Shown here piece by piece: positions 51,145-61,067 of a stretch of 64,000 nt of DNA. The first letter of the stretch is position 1. Each line of letters starts with the position of its first letter. The notes below the pieces were generated by a model, which was not told where the DNA came from, searched no databases, and saw only the letters and a program-made list of their open reading frames with translations. This stretch comes from Candidatus Sericytochromatia bacterium (GTDB lineage: Bacteria > Cyanobacteriota > Sericytochromatia > S15B-MN24 > VGJW01), in the NCBI GenBank assembly GCA_035285865.1, contig JAYKHS010000014.1:123811-187810 (forward strand), written 5' to 3'. Both the position numbers and the translations under genes were made by a program.

Positions 51145-51838
51145 CCCTGAATCCCTGAATGGCGAGCACGTCGCGGGTGCTCGGAACGCTCCAATTGGCC
51201 GGGACACGGGCCGAAGGACCCTGCAGGCCATGGCCGTGCAGGCCGCTGCCGTGGCTGCCGTATATGCCGTGTGGCCTCGGGGCCTTGAGGCGTGGCAACT
51301 CTGGTTCGTACTCGCCATCGGGCTCGCGGCCAATCTGCTGCAGCCGACCTACAGCCTCGTCGAGGGCTCGCGAACGCCGCATGACCGGGCCACGGGTGCC
51401 CAGATCGTCTGGACGGTATACGCGGTGCAGGTGCTGGCCCTTGCCGAGTGGCTGTGGCGGCAGCCCACGACCGGCATGGATCCTGTGTCCGTGGCGGCTG
51501 CGGCACTGATGGCTGCGGGCCTCGTGCTGCGCACGTGGGCCGTGCGGACGTTGGGCCGCTTCTTCACGTGGAACGTCGAGGTCCAGGGAGGGCAGACGGT
51601 CATCGAGGAGGGGCCTTATCGGCGTGTTCGGCATCCGAGCTACACCGGGGCCTTCATGATGTTCTGGGGAGCGACGGTGGTGCTGCATGCCTGGTATGTG
51701 GTGCCCGTCGCGTGCGTGGCCCTGCTCGTGGCCTTTCGCAGGCGCATCGGGCACGAGGAGGCGCTGCTGGCGGCAGAGATTCCCGGATATGCGGACTACA
51801 TGAAACGGACGGGGGCGCTGTTGCCGCGGCTACGGTAG
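51134..51838 (+). CDS. isoprenylcysteine carboxyl methyltransferase (ICMT/PEMT) family membrane methyltransferase
   Basis: Multiple TM helices. RHPSYTG and C-terminal EE..L...FG..Y..Y motifs. Start overlaps the GH3 3' end. Confidence 0.8.
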   Translation: MSPDPESLNGEHVAGARNAPIGRDTGRRTLQAMAVQAAAVAAVYAVWPRGLEAWQLWFVLAIGLAANLLQPTYSLVEGSRTPHDRATGAQIVWTVYAVQVLALAEWLWRQPTTGMDPVSVAAAALMAAGLVLRTWAVRTLGRFFTWNVEVQGGQTVIEEGPYRRVRHPSYTGAFMMFWGATVVLHAWYVVPVACVALLVAFRRRIGHEEALLAAEIPGYADYMKRTGALLPRLR

Positions 51839-52638
51839 CTGGCGATGGCCGGGCGGCGCGAGGAACATTGCGCCGTGTAACCACCATCCATCACGACGGC
51901 TTGGCCCGTGATGCCCGCGGCTGCATCGCTTGCGAGGAAAAGCGCGTAGGCGGCGAGGTCCTCGAGGACGCGCTCCAGCGGCACTCCGCGCGTTGCCGCC
52001 AGGGCCGCCAACTGGCCCCGCACCAAAGGGGTGTCGACGTATCCCGGGCAGAGGGCATTGACGGTGATGCCGTGGGGAGCCGACTCGAGGGCGGCCACCT
52101 TGGTCAAGCCGATGTGTCCGTGCTTCGCGCTGATGTAGCCCGCCTTGCCGGTAAAGCCCACGAGGCCGTTGATCGAGGCCATGAGGATCACCCGTCCTCG
52201 CCCGCGCCGCTTCATCCCGGGCAGGACGTGCTTGAGGGCGACGAAGGGGGCGACCAGCATGACCTGGAGCAGTTGCTGGAACACGGCCGTCGAGAAGTCT
52301 TCGATCGGGGCCACGTGCTGGAAGCCGGCGTCGCTGACCAGCACCTCGATGGGGCCAAGGTCTTCGGTCACGAGGTCCAGGTTCTTGCAAAGCCCTGACT
52401 CGTCCGTGACATCGCAAGCGTAACCGCGGGCGAGGAATCCCTCGCCGACGAGGGCTTTGGAGGCCATCTCCGCGGCGGTGGCATTCCGATCGAGCAGGGC
52501 CACCCGATCGCCAGATGCGGCGAAGGCTCTGGCCAGCGCGAGACCGATGCCGCTGGCCGCACCCGTGATGACGACGGTGCGGGGCGCCGTAGCGACAGGA
52601 GAAGGTTCGGACTCGGAAGACCTCTTGAGGTCAGACAA
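51796..52638 (-). CDS. SDR family oxidoreductase (3-hydroxybutyrate dehydrogenase-like)
   Basis: TGAASGIGLA Rossmann motif. Catalytic YxxxK (YISAKHG). Its 3' end overlaps the ICMT 3' end by about 43 nt (convergent). Confidence 0.85.
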   Translation of the reverse strand: MSDLKRSSESEPSPVATAPRTVVITGAASGIGLALARAFAASGDRVALLDRNATAAEMASKALVGEGFLARGYACDVTDESGLCKNLDLVTEDLGPIEVLVSDAGFQHVAPIEDFSTAVFQQLLQVMLVAPFVALKHVLPGMKRRGRGRVILMASINGLVGFTGKAGYISAKHGHIGLTKVAALESAPHGITVNALCPGYVDTPLVRGQLAALAATRGVPLERVLEDLAAYALFLASDAAAGITGQAVVMDGGYTAQCSSRRPAIASYRSRGNSAPVRFM

Positions 52639-53990
52639 TGCCGGTCATGCGGTAGACACCGATGACCACGAAGACCAACGCAGTCTTGAGCAGGGTCATG
52701 ACGAAGATGTCCCGGTAGCTTTCCTTGTGCGTCAGGCCCGTCAAGGCGAGCAGGATGATCACGGATCCGTTGTGTGGCAGCGTGTCCATGCCGCCACTCG
52801 CCATGCTGGCGACGCGGTGCAGGACCTCCGGCGGAATGGAGAGGCTTTCAGCCCGGGCGAGGTAGGTCGGTGCCATGGCACCGAGGGCGAGGCTCAGGCC
52901 AACGCTGGCGGAACCCGTGATGCCGGCGAGCGTGGTGGTCGTGATGGCCTCGGATACGAGTGGATCGGAAACGGCATCCGTCATCGCCCGCTGGACGATG
53001 CCGAATCCCGGCAGGGTCGCGATGACTCCCCCGAAACCGTACTCGGAGGCCGTGTTCATGGCGGCCAGCATCGCCCCTGCCGTGGCGGTGCGGGTGCTCT
53101 CGGCAAGGTCCGCCACGATTCGTCTGGCCGCCAGCGCAGCGACGGCGGCGATGCCGAGCACCAGAGCTCCCTCGACGGCCCAGATGGCCTGCAGTTTGTC
53201 GATGGCCAGCGTGCACCGTCCGGGACTCCGAACCGTGCCAGGTCGACCGACTTGCCGTAGAAGGCTTCCACCACGCCCGTCAGCAGCTTGTTTCCCGCGA
53301 ACACCAGCAGCAATGGCAGGGCGGCCAGCCACGCCGGGGGCAGACCGTCCCGGGATGGCGGCTCCGGTTCCTGCCTGTGCCCGGTCCCATAACCCTCGCC
53401 GGCTTCCGCGGCCTTGCGGCGCTGGCTCTCCAGAACCGCCATGCCGACCCCGAAGACCAGCAGGGCGCCGAGCAGTTCGTGGCGGGGGGCAGCCCACGCC
53501 GTCGTCCCGGAAAATGTGGTCGGGATCAGGTTCTGGAACTGGGGCGTGCCCGGAAGGGCATCCATCGTGGACGTGAAAGCGCCGAGGGCCACGGTGCCCG
53601 GTATGAGCCGATTCGGGATGTCGGCCGCCCGGAAGAGTTCGGCCGCGAAAGGGGTAGACGGCAAAGGCCACGACGAAGAGCGACACGCCGCCGGAGGTCA
53701 GCAACCCGCATACCAGCACGATCGCGAGGATGGCGCGGCGTGGACCCAGGAGCGTGCTCGTTGCGGCCACGAGGGAGCGTGCGAAGCCTGCGCGCTCGAC
53801 AACTTCCCGAAGACCGCACCCAGCAGTAGAGCTTCAGGAAGCCGACGAGCTTTTCCATGAACACCCCGGAGAGCACGGGGCGACTGCCTCGGGTTGGCTC
53901 AAGGCAACGGCCAGCATGGCTGCGATCGGTGCGAAGACGATGACAGACTGGCCGCGATAGGCCGCTGCCATCTGGAAGGCCAAGGCGGCA
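52631..53990 (-). pseudogene. GntP-family permease gene disrupted by multiple frameshifts
   Basis: GntP-like segments lie in four different minus-strand frames (listed N-terminal to C-terminal: 53990->53834, 53876->53526, 53664->~53240, ~53230->52631). For example, AFYGKSVDLARFG is in one frame and the GntP C-terminus AITTTTLAGITGSASVG..GSVIILLALTGL in another. Confidence 0.6.
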
Positions 53991-54144
53991 AGGGCAATCA
54001 GGACATCCACGGTCGGTTCCTCAAGGGGACGCAGGCGAGCGTAGCACGGTGCCAGCGCTGCTTGCGACGCTCGGTACCTGCGTGCAGAGGTTGGCGATGC
54101 GTCCGACTTGATTCGGGATGGATGTTTTGATATGGTGCGATCAC

Positions 54145-55224
54145 ATGAATCGGGTAGGCATCGACGGTCGCGGATGGACGGTTGTCCGGGCGTTTGTGCT
54201 CCTGCCGATATGGATGTCAGGGTGTTCCCTCGTGGACGGTAGCGTGGCCCCGGAGTTGCAGGCTGCGTCGCCCCGGCCCCTCGAAGTCCATCATCCGTCG
54301 CAGACGTTCGTGACGCAGGCCAAAGCCGTGCGCCGGCCGGCTCCACCCCCGAAGCGCCGCTTGCCCACCCCCACGCCGCGGGTGCCCCGCGTGACGCCGG
54401 CACCGCCGGCGACGCCTACGCCTGCACCGACACCTACGCCGACGCCCTCGCCGCCGCCGGGCACCGTCTACATACCGCCAAGCACCTTTCAGATGGGGTC
54501 GCCGGTGGGTGAGCCGGGGCGATCAAGTGACGAGACTCAACACACTGTCACGTTGACCCGAGGATTCTGGATGCAGAGCACGGAGGTGACGCAGGGTCAG
54601 TGGCGTGCGCTAATGGGCAACAACCCGTCGCGTTTCACGGGCGCCGACAACCGCCCGGTAGAGCGTGTCAGTTGGTACGACGCCGTTGCCTATGCCAACG
54701 CCTTGTCAGCCAAGGACGGCCTCGCCAACGCCTACGACCTTTCCAGTTGCTCCGGCACGCCGGGGACAGGCAACTACGGTTGCAGCAACGTCACGCTGAC
54801 GGCCTCCACGCCCTACGCCACGACAGGGTGGCGCCTGGCGACGGAGGCGGAGTGGGAGTATGCGTATCGGGCGGGCAGCACGACGCCTTGGTATTTTGGT
54901 TCGGACAGCAATCTGCTGGGGACGTATATGTGGTTCAGCAGCAACAGCGTCTACCGGACTTGGCCCGTGGGCCAGAAGCAGCCCAATGCGTGGGGCCTTT
55001 ACGACATGGCCGGCAACGTGTGGGAGTGGTGTCAGGACTGGTATGGCAGTTATCCGGGCACGGTGACGGATCCGACGGGCCCCACGTCAGGCTCGAACCG
55101 GGTGCGCCGCGGTGGTTCGTGGGACAACGACGCGTCGCGCGCGCGGGCGGCGAGCCGCGACCCCTACCGCCCGGACGTCCGCAGCCTCGGCATCGGCTTC
55201 CGCCTTGCCAGGTCGAGGCCGTAG
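54145..55224 (+). CDS. formylglycine-generating enzyme (FGE/SUMF1) family lipoprotein
   Basis: Lipobox IWMSGC. Pro/Thr-rich linker. FGE-sulfatase domain (RVSWYDAVAYANAL, GWRLATEAEWEYA, WGLYDMAGNVWEWCQDWY, RGGSW). Confidence 0.8.
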   Translation: MNRVGIDGRGWTVVRAFVLLPIWMSGCSLVDGSVAPELQAASPRPLEVHHPSQTFVTQAKAVRRPAPPPKRRLPTPTPRVPRVTPAPPATPTPAPTPTPTPSPPPGTVYIPPSTFQMGSPVGEPGRSSDETQHTVTLTRGFWMQSTEVTQGQWRALMGNNPSRFTGADNRPVERVSWYDAVAYANALSAKDGLANAYDLSSCSGTPGTGNYGCSNVTLTASTPYATTGWRLATEAEWEYAYRAGSTTPWYFGSDSNLLGTYMWFSSNSVYRTWPVGQKQPNAWGLYDMAGNVWEWCQDWYGSYPGTVTDPTGPTSGSNRVRRGGSWDNDASRARAASRDPYRPDVRSLGIGFRLARSRP

Positions 55225-55584
55225 GCCGAGGGCTTGACCATTGACTCTTGAACCCTTCGTCCCTTGTCGGTCCCCTTCCGCCCCGGAACCGGAGCCGAAG
55301 CGTAGCCGGCCCGGGACGGAAGCGGGGGAGTTGCACTTCGGAGCAAGTCGTTCCCCTGCGATGCCGGCTTCCTACGGTCTGTCGTAGGGGGCCAAGAACG
55401 AGCGGGCGAGGAACTGCCATCAGGCTTTCACCCTGTCCGGAAAATCTCGCCAAGTGGGCCCGTACGGCCCACAACGCCGCGGCAGGCGATAACCCCATAG
55501 CTCCCCTTGCCCAAACTGAAACGCTTTCGCCCCTCCGTGCGTCTGGCATGGTGTGCTTGATGCTCCGAGTGGGGCAGGGGAGGA

Positions 55585-56130
55585 ATGATGAAGCGGTCGA
55601 AGGGGATTTTCGTGTCTGCGCTGGTGCTGGGGGCATCGCTGCTGATGCCGGTCCTGCCGGCTGATGCCGCGGGCAGGGGCGGTGCCGAGGGGCGTATGGA
55701 GCGGCCACGTGGGGGCCAGCGGAATCAGGGGGAAGGTTGGGCCGCAATGGGGCCTGCCCTCTTCCGGAATCTCGACCTGACGCAGGAGCAGCGAGACGGG
55801 CTCAAGCGCATTCGCCAGCAGCACATGGAGACGCATAAGGGACTTCGGGAGCAGTTGCAGGTGAAGGAGCGTGCGTTGCACGAGGCCATGCTTGCTCCGG
55901 CGACGCGCCGAGAAGAGGCCGAGCGCTTGCAGCGCGAGGTGAGCGAGCTGCGCAGCCGGCTGGCCTTGGCACGGGTCGGCGGGTTCTTCGAGATGCGCGC
56001 CCTGCTCACGCCGGAACAGTTGGGCCGTCTCGCCGAGGTCGCAAGGGAAGGCAAGGAGCGCCGCGGCCGCGGGCAGCGGAACAGGCCGGGAAGGTCTCGG
56101 TCCGATGCCGTTGAGGGCGACCGGCCCTGA
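55585..56130 (+). CDS. Spy/CpxP-like periplasmic protein (LTxxQ motif)
   Basis: gggagg RBS. Signal peptide. LTQEQRDGLKRIRQQH. Helical and Arg/Glu-rich. Confidence 0.65.
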   Translation: MMKRSKGIFVSALVLGASLLMPVLPADAAGRGGAEGRMERPRGGQRNQGEGWAAMGPALFRNLDLTQEQRDGLKRIRQQHMETHKGLREQLQVKERALHEAMLAPATRREEAERLQREVSELRSRLALARVGGFFEMRALLTPEQLGRLAEVAREGKERRGRGQRNRPGRSRSDAVEGDRP

Positions 56131-56192
56131 GCGACCGTGGCAAGGATGGTCTGCGCCAGGACTGGGAGCGTGTCCATCGCGCCCTCTGGCGC

Positions 56193-56618
56193 ATGACCGG
56201 CGATCCGGAGCTTGCGCGAGACCTGACCCAGGAAACGTTCCTGCGGGCGCAAGGTGCAGCGGGGAGGGGGGCCGGCGAGCGTCCCCTCCCTTGGCTGCTG
56301 CGGGTGGCCCGCAACCTGTGGATCGACCATCTGCGCAGGCTCGGCCATCGTCCGCTGGAAGCGTTTGATGACCGGGGGGAGCTCGGTGCCCACGACCCTG
56401 CCATGCGGCGATTGGACGAGGACACGGGAATCGAGGCTCATCTGCGACAGTTGCCGGCCAATTGGCAGCAGGCCCTGATCCTGCGGCACATGAACGATCT
56501 GACGGTCGAAGATGTGGCGCGCGTGATGGGCGTTCCGGAGGGGACGGTCAAGACCTGGCTGCATCGGGGACGCGCGCGCCTTGCCGGATGGCTGGTCGAA
56601 GCGGAGGAACGCTCGTGA
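56193..56618 (+). CDS. ECF-type RNA polymerase sigma-70 factor (N-terminally short)
   Basis: Region 2.2 DLTQETFLRA and a region 4 HTH (LTVEDVARVMGVPEGTVKTWLHRGR). The in-frame upstream stretch back to the stop at 56112 contains no ATG, GTG or TTG. Confidence 0.7.
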   Translation: MTGDPELARDLTQETFLRAQGAAGRGAGERPLPWLLRVARNLWIDHLRRLGHRPLEAFDDRGELGAHDPAMRRLDEDTGIEAHLRQLPANWQQALILRHMNDLTVEDVARVMGVPEGTVKTWLHRGRARLAGWLVEAEERS

Positions 56619-57043
56619 GAACTTGTGCCGAAGCCCGGGTGGCGCTTCAGGACCGGTGCGACGGGGGGCTGGACGTCGCGATGGTGCGTGCGCTCGAGGA
56701 CCACCTGGTGGCTTGTGCTTCGTGTCGTGAGGCCGAGCGCCGCATCGAGGCCGCGATGGCCCGGCTCGAAGCGTGGTTGGCCGAACCCGTACCGCCCCGG
56801 CGGCGCACGTTGGGGCGCGGCAGGTTGCCCTGGCAGGCCATCTTCTTGCCGGCGGCGGCGGCTGTTTTGCTGTGGTGGATGCCGATGACGCAAGGCCCGC
56901 GGGAAGCCGAGCCGGAACTGCGTCCAGACGTTCATCCCGTCGCCGAGACGCTCGCGTGGCTGGATGATTCGGCCGACGAGCGCGGCTGGACGTTGGAGGA
57001 TGGCGGGCAGATTCCCGCCGAGGACGGGTCGCCCCGGCCCTAG
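56615..57043 (+). CDS. anti-sigma factor (zinc-finger type, single TM)
   Basis: GTG overlaps the sigma-gene stop (GTGA). HLVACASCREAE zinc-binding anti-sigma motif. TM segment AIFLPAAAAVLLWWM. Confidence 0.6.
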   Translation: MRTCAEARVALQDRCDGGLDVAMVRALEDHLVACASCREAERRIEAAMARLEAWLAEPVPPRRRTLGRGRLPWQAIFLPAAAAVLLWWMPMTQGPREAEPELRPDVHPVAETLAWLDDSADERGWTLEDGGQIPAEDGSPRP

Positions 57044-57939
57044 CGACTGATCGAGAAGATGATCCGGACGACATCCATGAGCCAGTGGCTCATGCGGGAC
57101 TCGCCCGTGACGGCATCCACCATCACGGTGGGCTTGCCCGTCACATCCATGTAGAACCAGTTGGGACCGATCAGCAGGGGCTGGATGCAGACGCCCTTGA
57201 TGGTGGCGTAGGAGCGATTGCCGTAGCTGTAGCCCATGCGTGTGGCCTGGTTGTAGGCCTCGCGACCGTTGAACGGGAACTCGCCGCGGGGCTCGTTCAG
57301 GAAGAAGCTGATGACCTTGCCGCCATATTCGAGGACGATGTCGCGCGACTGCCACATGCTTTTCTTCATGCGGAAGAAGTTGTAATCCAGATACAGCAGG
57401 CGCTGCTTGGAAGGCGAGTAGTAGACGTGGCGGGACTGGCCGAAGAACTGCCAGATCGAACTGCGGCCGGCAAAGCCCCAGCCGACGTAGAGCATCTTGG
57501 CATCGTACGCCCACGCGTAGGCTTCGCGGTCGGCGCGGGCCTGAGTGGTCTCGGGCTTGGCCTGGACGCTGAAGCCCGGCAACAGCGAACCCTCGGTGTC
57601 GAGGTCGCTCACGGTCGCGTCGGCTGGCACCTCGTCGAGGTCCAGGAGCGCCTTGCCCGGACCGAAGGCCTTGCGGGCCGCGCCGGCGAACGCATCCGCC
57701 GCGCTGCGCAGCTCCTGCTCGGGCGTCGGAGCGACCGCAATGGGCCGGATGACCGGATCCATGATGTTCTTGCCGTCGTCCTTGGTGGCCGAAGCCCCGA
57801 GATCGAGCGACAGCGCCAGTTCGGGAGCGGACGGGGCGCTGGGCCGGACCTGAGCCGTCGGGGTCGGTGCGGCGGAGATGCCGCAACCGGCCACGGCAAG
57901 CGTGAGGGCGAAAGGTAGCAAACGGGTGGCCAGAGCCAT
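57040..57939 (-). CDS. hypothetical lipoprotein
   Basis: Lipobox LAVAGC. Coding-like, Tyr/Trp-rich C-terminal domain. Confidence 0.5.
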   Translation of the reverse strand: MALATRLLPFALTLAVAGCGISAAPTPTAQVRPSAPSAPELALSLDLGASATKDDGKNIMDPVIRPIAVAPTPEQELRSAADAFAGAARKAFGPGKALLDLDEVPADATVSDLDTEGSLLPGFSVQAKPETTQARADREAYAWAYDAKMLYVGWGFAGRSSIWQFFGQSRHVYYSPSKQRLLYLDYNFFRMKKSMWQSRDIVLEYGGKVISFFLNEPRGEFPFNGREAYNQATRMGYSYGNRSYATIKGVCIQPLLIGPNWFYMDVTGKPTVMVDAVTGESRMSHWLMDVVRIIFSISR

Positions 57940-58074
57940 CAGGGAATCCTCACAAGGGAACCGAGCGTTATAAGGACGTTTGTGCGCCGTTCCGATGTCG
58001 TGATATTACCTGTCTTTAATGAAAAGCGCAAGAACTTTTAAGGAAGGTCCCCGAAGCCTCCGGGACGGCCGAGC

Positions 58075-58833
58075 ATGACAGTCCCGCCCGTGGTCGTCCG
58101 GATCGCCGGGCGTGTCGCAAACATCGGCCTCGCCGGTCCTCATCCGTTGCACCTCCTCGACCGTGCGATGCTGGCCTCCCTGCCGCCCGCCGTCGCCCGA
58201 GCCGTCGAGGCACCTCAGGTCGACTTGGTCGTGCTGCACGGCGTCGCCGCCGACGGGCACGTCGGTCCGTTCTCGGCCGGCGCGGATCTGGCCGAGATCC
58301 TGGCGATGGAGCCGTCCGAGGCGGAGGCCCATGCCGCCACGGGGCAGGCAGCCACCCGTGCCCTTGCTGAAGCGCCTGTGCCGGTGCTGGCCGTCATCGA
58401 CGGTCCCTGCCTGGGTGGCGGTCTCGAACTGGCTCTGGCCTGCGACCTGCGCGTGGCGACTCCCGGGGCGGTCTTCGGGTACCCGGCTGCCCAGCGCGGT
58501 CTCATTCCGGCCTTCGGGGGCACCTCGCGGGCGCCTGCAGTCCTCGGGCCCGCGCGCGCGGCCGAACTCGCCTACACCGCCCGCCGCCTGACTGCCGCCG
58601 AGGCACTGGCCTGCGGCTTGCTGGCAGCCGTGGGTGAGGAGCAGGATGCCGATGCGCTGGAGCGCACGTGGGTGGCCCGGATGACCGAGGGCATCCTGCC
58701 CGGAGCCTCGAGGCGCCTGAAGGCCGCGTTCAGCGCGCCCGGCGACGACCGTGAACGACAGGTCTTCCGCGCCTGTCTCGAGGATGCGCGCGCACGGGAG
58801 GCCATGTCGGCCTTCCTCGCAGGCCGTCGCTAG
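58075..58833 (+). CDS. enoyl-CoA hydratase/isomerase (crotonase) family protein
   Basis: Crotonase-fold motifs VAVIDGPCLGGGLELALACDLRVA. Confidence 0.8.
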   Translation: MTVPPVVVRIAGRVANIGLAGPHPLHLLDRAMLASLPPAVARAVEAPQVDLVVLHGVAADGHVGPFSAGADLAEILAMEPSEAEAHAATGQAATRALAEAPVPVLAVIDGPCLGGGLELALACDLRVATPGAVFGYPAAQRGLIPAFGGTSRAPAVLGPARAAELAYTARRLTAAEALACGLLAAVGEEQDADALERTWVARMTEGILPGASRRLKAAFSAPGDDRERQVFRACLEDARAREAMSAFLAGRR

Positions 58834-58907
58834 CCGCGCCGCAGCCCTCTCCAGCCCGCTCGGGGTGGTATCCTTGGGTCCATCACGACGCGAGGAGGCG
58901 TCCGATC

Positions 58908-60179
58908 ATGTCGCAAAACGGATCCCGCGGCCGCACGGTCATCGTCAGTGCGGTGCGCACCCCCTTCGGCAAGCTCTCCGGTGCTTTTGCCAGCCTGACC
59001 GCGGTGGACCTCGGCTCCCGCGTCATCGCCGAGGCCGTGCGTCGGGCCGGCATCGACGGCGGCGTCGTCGACAACGTCATCATGGGGCAGGTCCTGCAGG
59101 CCGGTGCCGGCCAGATTCCCTCGCGTCAGGCGGCGCTCCGCGCGGGTCTGTCGGACAGCGTCCACTCGCTGACCATCAACAAGGTCTGCGCGTCTGGCAT
59201 GCGGGCCATCTCGCTGGCCGACCAGTTCCAGCGCGTGGGGGATGGCGAGGTGTTCGTGGCGGGTGGCATGGAGAGCATGACGCAGGCCCCCTACTACCTG
59301 ACCAAGGCCCGTGGCGGCTACCGGATGGGCAACGACACCATCCTCGACGGGATGATCCACGACGGCCTCTGGTGCGCTTTCCGCAACGTCCACATGGGCG
59401 TCCACGGCGACAACGTCTCGCGGGAGTTCGCCATCACCCGCGAGGAGATGGACATGTGGTCCGCGCGCAGCCACCAGCGGGCTGCTGCTGCCTATGACGC
59501 GGGCCATTTCGCCGAAGAAGTCATGACGGTTGAGATTCCCCAGGGCAAGAAGCCGCCCCTGCAGGTCAGCCGGGACGAGAGCCTGCGCCCCGATACCACC
59601 GAGGAGGGTCTTGCCAAGCTGCGCCCGGTCTTCGGGGGCGAGGGCATGGTCACGGCGGGCAATGCTCCCGGCATCAACGACGGCGCGTGCGCGCTCGTGC
59701 TGATGAGCGAGGCCAAGGCCGCGGAGCTGGGCCTCGAGCCTCTGGCAGCCGTGGTCGGTCACGGCTGGGTCGCGACGGAACCCCCTTACCTGCACACGGT
59801 GCCGGCCCTCGCCCTCGAACGCGCCATGGTGCGGACGGGCATCGCCCTCGACGACCTCGACAGACTCGAGATCAACGAGGCCTTCGCGGCCGTGACGCTG
59901 ACGAGCACCCGCATCCTGGCTGGTCGCAAGGTGCCGGCCGGCGTCGGCGGGGGCGGTTCTGCCGAAGTGGATCCGGCGTACCTCGAGGCGCTTCGGGCCC
60001 GGACCAACGTCAATGGCGGTGCCGTGGCGCTGGGCCACCCCATCGGCGCCTCGGGCGCCCGCATCGTCACGACCCTCGCCTACGAACTCGTGCGTTCGGG
60101 TGGACGCTACGGTGCGGCAGCCATCTGCTCCGGTTCCGCCCAGGGCGACGCCATCATCCTCGAGAACCTTCGCCGCTGA
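58908..60179 (+). CDS. acetyl-CoA C-acetyltransferase (thiolase II)
   Basis: Thiolase signatures [44 protein letters not shown]. Confidence 0.95.
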   Translation: MSQNGSRGRTVIVSAVRTPFGKLSGAFASLTAVDLGSRVIAEAVRRAGIDGGVVDNVIMGQVLQAGAGQIPSRQAALRAGLSDSVHSLTINKVCASGMRAISLADQFQRVGDGEVFVAGGMESMTQAPYYLTKARGGYRMGNDTILDGMIHDGLWCAFRNVHMGVHGDNVSREFAITREEMDMWSARSHQRAAAAYDAGHFAEEVMTVEIPQGKKPPLQVSRDESLRPDTTEEGLAKLRPVFGGEGMVTAGNAPGINDGACALVLMSEAKAAELGLEPLAAVVGHGWVATEPPYLHTVPALALERAMVRTGIALDDLDRLEINEAFAAVTLTSTRILAGRKVPAGVGGGGSAEVDPAYLEALRARTNVNGGAVALGHPIGASGARIVTTLAYELVRSGGRYGAAAICSGSAQGDAIILENLRR

Positions 60180-60210
60180 GTCTTCCGCGCATCACACCAG
60201 GGAATCATCC

Positions 60211-61067
60211 ATGACGGAACGCATCGTTGTCCTCGGGGCTGGCCAGATGGGCTCTGGCATTGCCCAGGTCTTCGCCCAGGCCGGTTATCCCACCACGGTC
60301 CAGGATGTCTCCGAGGCTGCCCTGGAACGCAGTCGCAAGCTCATCACGAGCCTGCTCGACAAGGCCGTGGACAAGGGCAAGATGACGCCCGAGGCCCGCG
60401 AGTCCGCCCTTGGCAACCTGTCATGGTCGCCCTCCCTTGACGCGGTCAAGGATGCCGCACTCGTGGTCGAGGCCGTCATCGAGAACCTCGAGGTCAAGCA
60501 GGCCCTGTGGCGGCAGGTGTCGGGACTGGCTCCCGAGTCGGCCGTGCTGGCAAGCAACACCAGCAGCCTGCCCATCACGCAGTTGGGGGCCTCGGTCACG
60601 CGACCCGAACGCTTCATCGGGATGCACTTCATGAACCCCGTGCCGGTCATGCAGCTGGTCGAGGTCATCAAGGGCTTCCTGACGACGGATGAGGTGCACC
60701 AGAAGGTTCTGGCGTGGGCAAGGGCCGTCGGCAAGACGCCCGTCACTGTCGAGGATGCCCCGGGCTTCATCGCCAACCGGATCCTGATGCCGATGATCAA
60801 CGAGGCGGTGTTCTGCCTGGCCGAGGGCATCAGCACGCGCGAGGACATCGACACCGTGATGAAGCTGGGCATGAACCACCCGATGGGCCCGCTGACGCTG
60901 GCCGACTTCATCGGCCTCGACACGTGTCTGGCCATCATGGAGGTCCTGCACCGGGACCTCGGCGACGACAAGTACCGACCCGCCCCGCTCCTGCGCAAGA
61001 TGGTGCAGGCAGGGCTGTACGGCCGCAAGAGCGGCCGGGGGTTCTACGACTACCGGGAGGCGAAGTG

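Noticed and set aside
56105-56368. Alternative-frame ORF spanning the cpxP-like stop and the sigma start
   Set aside because: Translation (PLRATGPERPWQGW...) is non-protein-like, and the overlapping frame contains clear sigma-70 region 2 and 4 motifs.
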